34,683 bases of DNA from an uncultured Alphaproteobacteria bacterium. GTDB taxonomy: Bacteria; Pseudomonadota; Alphaproteobacteria; Rickettsiales; UBA1997. The notes beneath the pieces were generated by a model. It was not told the DNA's origin. It saw only the letters and a program-made list of their open reading frames with translations, and made no database searches. Location: positions 1-34,683 of the forward strand of contig CAINKA010000081.1 of assembly GCA_903849835.1 (NCBI GenBank), in the 5' to 3' direction. A program made the translations under genes and the position numbers. Positions 16,207 to 24,500 of the stretch are shown in pieces; the first letter of the stretch is position 1; each line of letters starts with the position of its first letter.

Positions 16207-17144
16207 TCTTTTTTGGATTGGTCTTCTTCTAAGGATTTTTCTACATGTAAGCGGATCGTCTTTTCATCCATATCAATGCCAGCCTCTGTGGAGATGGTTT
16301 TCTTGATCATCGAGACTCTATTGGTTTCACTTTTTCTATAGTGCTTTAGTACTAAGCCGCACAAGATTTTATACAAAGTTGTGACAACCCTTTGATCCTC
16401 TTTCCGTTTTGCTTCTTCTTTGAGATTTTTGTTTTCTTCCGTTAGTTTAAGATTTTTCTCCTCAGCAGTTGTAATTCTTTTTAGCGCATCCTCAAGAAGA
16501 GTCTTGTAATCAGGAGATTTTTCTAAAGTTATCAGCAGTTCTTTTGGCAATGAAATGTTTTTTGCTATTGCCCACTTTACATAGTCTGCGGGAATAATTT
16601 TTTTGTCAGTCATTTTAGGAATCACTCCTCCTGCACCAGTGGGTATTAGTTGTAGAGTTCCTATTCTTAACGATCTTGAGACCAACTCAAATAAGGTCGA
16701 GTATTTATGTGCAAAGGGTGATTCAAGATAATTCTGAACTCTTGCTAAATTCGTCATTCTTGGATCCTTGCCAAGCGTAAGGGCTACGCATTCATCGACA
16801 GTCCAATAATCAGCTAAATGCCAATGTTCCCAAATCGTATTCATAGCTGGATTATGAAATAAATCATAGTCCATCTTCTCTAATTCTATTTCATGCTTTG
16901 TTTTTCTTTTTGAGATTAACTCGTTATATAGCTCATCAAGTTTTTTTGGAGAATAAGAGGAAATTTTCTCCTTACATTCTTCTGCTTTTCTGGTCTCCTC
17001 TTTGTAATCAAGGGCATTACATTCATTTAAATCATAGCTCGAATTGTACTTATTGCTAAAACTCAGATGAGGAAATTTATCAAAAACCAGTGATGATATT
17101 TTTGATTCCTTGGTGTTCGGATTTGGTAGCTTTGTCATTATCAT
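16203..17144 (-). CDS. Hypothetical 313-aa protein with a C-terminal coiled-coil-like segment, translationally coupled to the integrase
   Basis: Its ATG (17144-17142) overlaps the integrase TGA (17143-17141). No family recognised. The Lys/Glu-rich heptad-like stretch is EEKNLKLTEENKNLKEEAKRKE. Confidence 0.6.
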   Translation of the reverse strand: MIMTKLPNPNTKESKISSLVFDKFPHLSFSNKYNSSYDLNECNALDYKEETRKAEECKEKISSYSPKKLDELYNELISKRKTKHEIELEKMDYDLFHNPAMNTIWEHWHLADYWTVDECVALTLGKDPRMTNLARVQNYLESPFAHKYSTLFELVSRSLRIGTLQLIPTGAGGVIPKMTDKKIIPADYVKWAIAKNISLPKELLITLEKSPDYKTLLEDALKRITTAEEKNLKLTEENKNLKEEAKRKEDQRVVTTLYKILCGLVLKHYRKSETNRVSMIKKTISTEAGIDMDEKTIRLHVEKSLEEDQSKKE

Positions 17145-18322
17145 TTTCCTCTCAGTTTTTTATCTAAAAAATCCGCCCACCACTGCATCATAACTTTACG
17201 TTCAGGCAAATATTGCGCATGGTTGTAAGCCGCTCTTACCTTATCTCTTTCGCCATGAGCAAGCTGGCGCTCAATATGATCTCTATTAAAACCATTCTCA
17301 TTTAATATTGTGCTCGCTGTCGAGCGGAATCCATGTACAGTCACTCTCGAATGATAACCCATGCGATAAATTGCACCAAGAAGAGTATTCTCACTCATAA
17401 TTTTTCCAGGACTTTGCTTGCTTGGAAATATACACTCATGATTGCCATTAATTTTTTGCATCTCTTTTAAAATGGCGAGAGCCTGTTTTGACAAAGGCAC
17501 GATATGCTTTTCTTTCATCTTCATTCTGCCAGGCGGTATGTGCCACTCTTTCTTATCGAAGTTAATTTCTTCCCATCTTGAGCCACGAACTTCAATTGTT
17601 CTGACGAAGGTCAGGATCAAAAATTTGAAAGCCATTTTGGTTTGATATTCACCATCATAATTTTCTAATTTTTTGAGAAATTCTGGCAGCTCATCTTCTT
17701 CTATTTTGGCATGATGAGTTGTGGTTTTTGGTATTAAGGCACCCCTTAAATCTGCTGAAATATCGTGCGTAGCTCTGCCACTTGAAATTGCGAATCTAAA
17801 AATCTGACCAGAAGTTTGCAGTGCGCGATGCGCGATATCTATCGCACCACGCTTTTCTATTTTTTGGATAGTTAGAAGCAGTTCTGGCGCAGTGATTTGA
17901 TTGATAGGGCGAAAGCCAATAACCGGCACAATATCTGTTTCTAATCTTTTAAGAATATTGCGAGCATGCTTTGGTTTCCATTTTGAAATATTTTTTTGAT
18001 GCCATTCGCGAGCTATATTTTCAAAAGAGTTTTCTGCACTAACAATTCTTTGAAGTTTTTGTTCGCGCTTTTCTTGCGACGGGTCAATTCCTTCAGCAAT
18101 TTGTTTTTTGGCTATGAATCTTTTGTCTCTCGCTTCCAATAGAGAGACGGTGGGGTAGGTGCCAAGTGCTAAGATTTTTTCTTTACCAGCGAACTTATAT
18201 TTAAGTCTCCAATATTTCCCGCCATTGGGATGAACCAGCAAATACATGCCCTCACCATCAGTTATCTTAAATTGTTTATCGGTTGGTTTCGCGTTTCTGA
18301 CTTTAATATCTGATAAAGGCAT
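17141..18322 (-). CDS. int: Tyrosine recombinase/integrase (P4-type, DUF4102 N-terminal domain)
   Basis: 393 aa. N-terminus LSDIKVRNAKPTDKQFKITDGEGMYLLVHPNGGKYWRLKYKFAGKEK. Catalytic region has R (FVRTIEVRG), HGFRSTAST and RQLAHGERDKVRAAYNHAQY (R-H-R-H-Y). Adjacent to the tRNA 3' end. Confidence 0.92.
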   Translation of the reverse strand: MPLSDIKVRNAKPTDKQFKITDGEGMYLLVHPNGGKYWRLKYKFAGKEKILALGTYPTVSLLEARDKRFIAKKQIAEGIDPSQEKREQKLQRIVSAENSFENIAREWHQKNISKWKPKHARNILKRLETDIVPVIGFRPINQITAPELLLTIQKIEKRGAIDIAHRALQTSGQIFRFAISSGRATHDISADLRGALIPKTTTHHAKIEEDELPEFLKKLENYDGEYQTKMAFKFLILTFVRTIEVRGSRWEEINFDKKEWHIPPGRMKMKEKHIVPLSKQALAILKEMQKINGNHECIFPSKQSPGKIMSENTLLGAIYRMGYHSRVTVHGFRSTASTILNENGFNRDHIERQLAHGERDKVRAAYNHAQYLPERKVMMQWWADFLDKKLRGK

Positions 18323-18328
18323 GGAGTT

Positions 18329-18384
18329 GGGGTATATTGTTTCGGGGGTATAATTTATACCACCTTTTATACCCCATATACCCC
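18329..18384. promoter_or_regulatory. Cluster of GGGGTATA / TATACCCC motifs between int and tRNA-Asn (candidate arm-type or operator sites)
   Basis: ggggtata at 18329-18336 and 18345-18352. Degenerate tataccac at about 18356-18363. tatacccc at 18368-18375 and 18377-18384. Confidence 0.5.
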
Positions 18385-18490
18385 AAAGATGTCAACGGAT
18401 GATTTTGGACGGTGTTGGGCTAGAGATTCTTATTTGAAGGCTTCGGGAGGCTTTTTGTTGGACTTTGCTGGATGTTGTGAGCCATATAGA

Positions 18491-18565
18491 TGGCTCCCTG
18501 GGAAGGATTCGAACCTCCGACCAAGTGATTAACAGTCACTTGCTCTACCACTGAGCTACCAGGGA
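18491..18565 (-). tRNA. tRNA-Asn (anticodon GTT), CCA encoded
   Basis: The reverse complement folds by hand into a cloverleaf: TCCCTGG-TA-GCTC-AGTGGTA-GAGC-A-AGTGA-CTGTTAA-TCACT-TGGTC-GGAGG-TTCGAAT-CCTTC-CCAGGGA-G-CCA. Confidence 0.9.
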
Positions 18566-18628
18566 ATATGGGAATTTTTCGGGGGAAGGGGGCGCAAGCT
18601 ACGAATCTGTTTCGAAAAATCAACAGGC

Positions 18629-18663
18629 AAAAAATAAGAGCTGGAGTGGCTCCAGCTCTTATT
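18629..18663 (-). terminator. Rho-independent terminator of the BI-1/YccA gene
   Basis: 11-bp stem aagagctggag / ctccagctctt with loop tgg. On the minus strand it is followed by a T-run (the + strand A-run at 18629-18635). Confidence 0.65.
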
Positions 18664-18685
18664 TGCTGACAAAATTTAGAATCGA

Positions 18686-19411
18686 TTAATTTCTGCGATC
18701 TCCGAAGAAGCGAAGCAACATCAGGAAGAGGTTGATGAAGTCCATGTAAAGATTTAGAGCGCCCATGACGGCCATTTTGCCCGTCATTTCGCTGTCTCCT
18801 GCGAAGTGGTAGTAAGCTTGTTTGATCCTTTGTGTGTCATAGGCTGTGAGGCCAATGAAGATAAAGACTCCAATGACTGACAAAGCAAATTCCATCGCAG
18901 AACTTTTCAAGAAAATATTCACCAAAGATGCGATGATTAAGCCAATCAAACCCATGATTAAAAAGGATCCGAGCCCACTCAAATCTTTTTTAGTTGAGTA
19001 GCCGTAGAGACTCATCGCGCCAAAAGTTGAAGCGCTGATGAAGAAGACGCGAGCAACGCTGGCGCCGGTGTAAACTATCAAAATTGTGGATAGTGAAAGG
19101 CCCATCAATCCAGAATAAATCCACAAATAATTTTTAGCTTTTTCTGCGGAAATTGAATTTAGTTTGTAGCTGAAAAAGAAGACGAAGCCAAGAGGGGCAA
19201 GCATCACGACCCAAGCAAGTGGAGTTCCAAAAAATAATTGCATCAAAGCAGGAGAGCTTGCAACTAGGAATGCCACGGCTCCAGAGATTCCAAGTGCGAT
19301 TCCCATGAAGTTGTAAACTTTCACCATATAGTCGCGAAGGCCGGCGTCGTAGCTTGTTGACCTTGATGCCGCTGACGCGAAGGACACTGTTTTGTTGTTA
19401 AAATCTGACAT
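18686..19411 (-). CDS. Bax inhibitor-1/YccA family membrane protein
   Basis: 241 aa with seven predicted TM helices. The characteristic C-terminal motif is GLTAYDTQRIK...MGALNLYMDFINLFLMLLRFFG. Confidence 0.85.
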   Translation of the reverse strand: MSDFNNKTVSFASAASRSTSYDAGLRDYMVKVYNFMGIALGISGAVAFLVASSPALMQLFFGTPLAWVVMLAPLGFVFFFSYKLNSISAEKAKNYLWIYSGLMGLSLSTILIVYTGASVARVFFISASTFGAMSLYGYSTKKDLSGLGSFLIMGLIGLIIASLVNIFLKSSAMEFALSVIGVFIFIGLTAYDTQRIKQAYYHFAGDSEMTGKMAVMGALNLYMDFINLFLMLLRFFGDRRN

Positions 19412-19531
19412 TAAGACCTCGATTGTTGGTTAAGAAATTGGTTGAGAAAAATGAGTGAGAAAACTTGATTTAAACTTCTCCGCAAGTGAATTTGCACCGG
19501 TGATTTAGTTTCGCCAAACAAATTTTCAAGA

Positions 19532-20071
19532 ATGAAAAATAATTCCGATAAGAAAAAAATAATTGCGATTATTGGCTTGATGGGTGTCGGCAAAACCACG
19601 ATTGGCGCGAAGTTAGCGGAAAAGTTAAAATATTATTTTATCGATTGCGATCAGGAAATTGAAGATCGCGAAAAAAAAACCATCAAAGAAATTTTTGCAC
19701 AAAATAGTGAAAAATATTTTCGTGAAATCGAAAAAAAAACTATCAGAGAAATAGTTTTGCGTGATGAAAATATTGTGCTTTCCCTTGGTGGTGGCGCCTT
19801 CATGGACGAAGAGATGCGAAAAATTCTGAAAGAAAAAGCGATTACAATTTGGCTCAGCGCCACAATTGACGCCATTATTTATCGCGTTGGAAGTAAAAAT
19901 ATTCGCCCGCTTTTAAACCAAAAAAATAAAAGAAATGTTTTGGAAGAGCTGGCCGTGAAGCGTTATCCAATCTATGCTGAAGCTGATTTAAAATTTGATA
20001 CGACTGACGAAAATCACGATGTTTTGATCAGAAAAATTGTTAAACAAATCGCGCAATTAAATGAAAAATAA
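19532..20071 (+). CDS. aroK: Shikimate kinase
   Basis: 179 aa. Walker A GLMGVGKTTIG, then DCDQEIE and LGGGAF motifs. Overlaps aroB by 11 nt. Confidence 0.9.
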   Translation: MKNNSDKKKIIAIIGLMGVGKTTIGAKLAEKLKYYFIDCDQEIEDREKKTIKEIFAQNSEKYFREIEKKTIREIVLRDENIVLSLGGGAFMDEEMRKILKEKAITIWLSATIDAIIYRVGSKNIRPLLNQKNKRNVLEELAVKRYPIYAEADLKFDTTDENHDVLIRKIVKQIAQLNEK

Positions 20072-21158
20072 AATCTCAGTTTCGCTCGGCGAAAGAAGCT
20101 ACGACATTTTAATCGCGAAAAATTCTGTCGAATATTTGCCAGAATTTTTGGGGCAAAAAAATTACAGCAAAATTTTTATCATCACCGATGAAAATGTTGC
20201 GAAACTGCATCTATCAAGCTTCAAGAAGGTTTTTAAAAAAACAAAATTCACGCCAGAAATTATTAAAATAAAATCTGGAGAGCAGGCGAAATCTTTTAAA
20301 TCTTTGGAAAAAATTTGTGAAAAGATTTTAGCAAAAGGAATTGATCGCAAGTCGCTGATCATTGCTTTTGGCGGTGGTGTGGTTGGTGATTTATCTGGTT
20401 TTGTTGCATCGATTTTGTTGCGAGGAGTTGATTTTATCCAAGTGCCTACAACCTTGTTGGCAGCGGTTGACAGCTCTGTCGGAGGAAAAACCGCGATTAA
20501 CAGCAAGTCGGGAAAAAATTTAATTGGCAGTTTTTACCAACCGCAATTAGTGATTTGTGATTTAAATTTTTTGAAAACTTTATCACAGCGCGAACTCAGA
20601 TCTGGCTACGCCGAAGTGGTGAAATATGGTTTTATTCGTGACGAAAAATTCTTCGAATTTCTGGAAGAAAATTATCAAAAAATTTTTAGCTGTGACGAAA
20701 AAATTCTAGAAAAAATAATCACGCGTTCTTGCGAAATAAAATCTGAAATTGTTGGTCGCGACGAACTTGAATCTGGCGAGCGCGCATTGCTAAATTTCGG
20801 TCATACTTTCGGTCATATTTTTGAAACCGAAACCAATTATTCTGACGAAATTTTGCATGGAGAAGCGGTTGCTTTAGGAATGTTGATGGCTGCAAAAATG
20901 TCACAAAATTTTAACATGATTACAGAAAATGATTTTTTACGAATCAAGTCACACCTAGAAAACGTTGGCTTCACGATTGATCCAAAAAAAATTCGTAAAA
21001 ATTGGAATGAAAAAAATTTGATCAGCCATCTGTTCAAAGACAAAAAAAATGAAGGGCAGAATTTAACTTTTATTTTGTTGGAAAAAATTGGCGAAGCGGT
21101 GATTAAAAAATCTGTGGAGCTGAAAAATTTTGAGAAAATTTTAGCGGAATTTTTGTAA
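20061..21158 (+). CDS. aroB: 3-dehydroquinate synthase
   Basis: 365 aa. Motifs GGGVVGDLSGFVA, VPTTLLAAVDSSVGGKTAIN, NFGHTFGH and HGEAVALG. Confidence 0.92.
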   Translation: MKNKISVSLGERSYDILIAKNSVEYLPEFLGQKNYSKIFIITDENVAKLHLSSFKKVFKKTKFTPEIIKIKSGEQAKSFKSLEKICEKILAKGIDRKSLIIAFGGGVVGDLSGFVASILLRGVDFIQVPTTLLAAVDSSVGGKTAINSKSGKNLIGSFYQPQLVICDLNFLKTLSQRELRSGYAEVVKYGFIRDEKFFEFLEENYQKIFSCDEKILEKIITRSCEIKSEIVGRDELESGERALLNFGHTFGHIFETETNYSDEILHGEAVALGMLMAAKMSQNFNMITENDFLRIKSHLENVGFTIDPKKIRKNWNEKNLISHLFKDKKNEGQNLTFILLEKIGEAVIKKSVELKNFEKILAEFL

Positions 21159-21264
21159 TTTTTTCTAATTGCAAATTGTCGGTCTAATTTTACTTTGCCG
21201 CGCTTCAAATTTTCTGCCCGCGTGATGAGTTTGAAGCGACCACGCAAGTGGGAACAATGATCAC

Positions 21265-21352
21265 GCCTGCGTGATGGAATGGTAGACATAACGGACTTAA
21301 AATCCGTGGAGCTTTATCGCTCTTGCCGGTTCAAGTCCGGCCGCAGGTACCA
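21265..21352 (+). tRNA. tRNA-Leu (anticodon TAA), type II with long variable arm, CCA encoded
   Basis: Hand fold: GCCTGCG-TG-ATG-GAATGGTAGA-CAT-A-ACGGA-CTTAAAA-TCCGT-[GGAGCTTTATCGCTCTT]-GCCGG-TTCAAGT-CCGGC-CGCAGGT-A-CCA. Confidence 0.85.
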
Positions 21353-21461
21353 AATGCTCGTCGGCTTTTGAGCGCTGACGCATGTTCTTCAGCGGATTTC
21401 GTCGGTCGCGTATGTTGAATACGCTCCACTCCTCAACCCGCTGAACAACACGCGTTAATGA

Positions 21462-21549
21462 TTGTAGGGGCTGGTCTTGTGCCAGCCCGCGGGCGACCAC
21501 AAGGGTCGCCCCTACAAAAGAGCTGCGACCACAAGGGTCGCTCCTACAA
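21462..21549. repeat. GC-rich palindromic element (complete 56-bp copy plus an extra half unit)
   Basis: 21462-21517 is ttgtaggggctggtcttgtgccagcccgcgggcgaccacaagggtcgcccctacaa. The extra half at 21523-21549 is gctgcgaccacaagggtcgctcctacaa. Confidence 0.85.
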
Positions 21550-21585
21550 ACATCCGCAAAACCAAAAATATCCACCTTTTTTCCA

Positions 21586-24500
21586 ATGAATTTAACCAAG
21601 AAAATAACACAGATTTTTTCTCTGATTTTCTTGAGTCTTTTTCTTGCCTCTTGTGAAGTTGATGGATGCGTTGAGGCGGATGAATATGACACTGAATCCT
21701 CTGTTGTAGAAGCTAATCCAGTTAAAGATGGAGTCTCAGGAACCTACGAACATATAGCTGGCGGCCAGACAGCTCAATGGCACGACACTGGTCTGAAATC
21801 TAACAATGAAGCATTCATAATTTTAATTTCGGGTGCTTGGAGCCCGTGGAATGGCACTGGAATGTCTGATTCAACATTAAGAGTAACTCCAAGATGTAAT
21901 TTTTGTGCTAAAAAAGATGGGGTTCCAAACTGCATTTGCTACAGTGGGCAAATTCCAGAAGCAGAAACATGTCCAGATGGAAACAAATGCGCAACATTCA
22001 CTAAGCCTTCCGGAGAAGTAGTCCCTCTAAATTGCTCAAGCCACGAGCATCAAAATAATCCAGTCTCATGCACTTGCACAAATAATCCAGAACATGGCAG
22101 CGCATTAGATGCGAGTGGAGTTAATCACATCCCGCTAAATGTCCTGACTAAAAATAGAGATGTTAAAATTGCTGACCAGCAATCTTCTTGCAAATATGAT
22201 CGCGGAATGGGCGCCTATATTGGGCTGTTTGGCAATAATGGATCTGATGTTCCGATGAGAGCTTATCACTTACTTTCGTTCAATAAAGTTTGCAACGTAG
22301 TGACCAACTCAAACGGAGAGTGCCTTGATGCCAATGGTAAAGATATATCGCGATATTCTTTTTCGAGTGCTAACGGAAGAAATTTTGTGAAGGATGACAG
22401 TGTTAGTCCAATCCAATATCACGGTCCAAACGAAGTCGTAAAACTCATTATTTTGGACAGTTATTACAGCGATAATTACGGAAGATATAATTTGGTGTTC
22501 ATGCGCGGTGTCGGCACGGCTAGAGATACTGGATTGCTAGAATCCATGGTCACGGTGGTTGAAGAATCTCTGCTAGGAAAAATCAATACCGCAACTGGTG
22601 AAAGAGATGGTGGCATCATCAGGTTCATGTATAAATCCATCGTGCAAGATTCCGTGTTCATCAAGGTCTTACAAATTTCTCTCTCGCTTTACATCGCAGT
22701 TTTTGGTGCAGCAACTTTGTTTGGCGTTGCGGAAATAACGAAGAAAGAAATTTACAGCCGAATAGTCAAAATTGGTTTAATAATTTTCTTCACCAGCGCC
22801 GGCAGTTGGAAAATGTATAACGACATCGTCGTTAATTTTTTTATAGACGGCATGAACTACGCTGTGGCGGGAATCATGGATTTGTCGGATTCCTCTACAA
22901 TCGATTTAAAAGATAATGGTGAAACCTCTGTGCTTAAAATTTCGCAGATGAATCGCGATAGTGCCTTGAGTAGTGCTACGCGCTTTTCCTACGTTGATCT
23001 GACAATTAAAAAATTACTTTCTGAAAATACTGCGAAGAAAATTTTCGGTTTATTTTTCGGAAATTATTACGGAATTATTTTGATCCCGATGATTTATGCG
23101 ATGATCGGATTTTATGTTTATGTGATGCTCTTCGTGGCATCGATGTATTTGGTGAATCTCATCAAAATTATTTTTACCCTATCCTTGGGGCCAGTATTTA
23201 TCTGCTTCGTTATGTTTAAAAATACGCAGCAAATGTTCAAAAACTGGTTAGCATTTCTTGGCTCGAGGTCTTTGGAAATTCTATTTCTATTCCTCATCCT
23301 CTACAATTTTCTCATCATAATCGATCAGCATTTTACTACTCTTTTGTCTTTCAGAGTCTGTCCACAAGTGTATAATTTGAAGCTATTTTCAGTCAAAATT
23401 TTAAAGGCTGAAAGTGGTCGTAACTTTGTGGATTGGATAGCGTCTTCATCCATAATCGCTGGTTTGCTATTCATCATGAAGCTTGTTGTTGACAAGGCCC
23501 AACACGTTTCTGGATCGTTAATCACGATTGATGGAGTGGAAAATAAAGATGGTGATGCTACTGGTAGCGGTGAATCCAAGATGTCTGGTGGCGCTATGGC
23601 GCAAGTTATGCAATTGGGGCGAAGTATTGCTTCGGAAGGATTTGATTATGCAGCGCGCGGTGGTGCCGTTGCACTTCAGGGTGCTACAATGGCTGCAAGA
23701 AAAACTGCGGGAGCGATTGGAGCTGCTGGTGCGTGGAATAAGGCTGGAGAAGCTGTAGGGTTTAGAGGTTTGCGTACGAGAATGCGTGACAACATCATCG
23801 ATGCTCAGATCGATAAATTTTCTAAAGAAGCAAAAGCGCAAGGAATGTCTCCAGAAAAAGCTGACCAACATATCAGGCAAAAAACTATCGCAGCAATTCA
23901 GAATCAAGGAATGTTATTCGGAAAAGCTAATCCAGAAATTTCAAGTCATGCTCCGGGAAAGCTAGCTCTTGCAGGGGTTAACCTCTCTTCAACTTTAAAA
24001 AGATTAGACCAAAAATTGATTCGCGATCCGATGCAAGAGATGATAAAACAAGAAGCGAAAAAATTAAGATCATCAGGAAAAATTCCTCTGACCAAAAGTG
24101 AGATGAGAGAGAAGATCGGGGGAAACGTGCAGAAAGAAATGGAAAAAAGATTAACTGCATCGGGACTAGATCCTGGTAAGGCCGCTTTCTACATGAAGAA
24201 AATGGATTCCTCGAATATATCTTCATACCTACGTCTTGGTAAAGGTTTTGGTAAGGGAGCAGTTGAAAGACAAGCGCTTGAAGGTTCATACGAATCAATG
24301 GGCACTTCTCAAGCCGCAAAACTTTTTTCTAAAAATCCGGAAGAAAAAAATAAATATTTGGATTATTTGCAGGCCCAAGAAATCAAAAGACATCAAGCTA
24401 CAGAAGATTCGAAAAGCAGTGGTTGGAAAGTTGTAAGAGCGGCTTCAAGGCTTGGAAATGCGATTAGCAAGGGTTACCACAATGTCATGCGTGATGTGGA

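Larger units (their letters stand above)
11309..18508 (-). mobile_element. ~7.2 kb integrative island (P4/CP4-57-like: integrase, AlpA, DUF3987) inserted in the tRNA-Asn 3' end
   Basis: The tyrosine integrase lies next to the tRNA 3' end and a 17-bp direct repeat lies at the far end. All nine ORFs are co-oriented, many with overlapping stop/start codons. No capsid, tail or terminase genes. Neither host repeat family was seen inside. Confidence 0.8.

Noticed and set aside
11309-18508. A complete prophage.
   Set aside because: The element is only ~7.2 kb and has no recognisable capsid, portal, terminase, tail or lysis genes. Its gene set matches a small integrative or satellite-type element instead.
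19411-19599. 62-aa minus-strand ORF between the BI-1 gene and aroK.
   Set aside because: It overlaps the aroK start and the promoter region, has no SD and no recognisable features, and is most likely non-coding.
21297-21692. 131-aa minus-strand ORF, together with 5940-6125, 5808-6020, 5836-6018 and 30033-30332.
   Set aside because: These run through tRNA-Leu and/or the GC-rich palindromic elements, giving peptides such as ..GRPQGSPLQ.. and ..VGATLVVARGLAQDQPLQ... They overlap well-supported genes or RNAs, so they are repeat-generated spurious ORFs.
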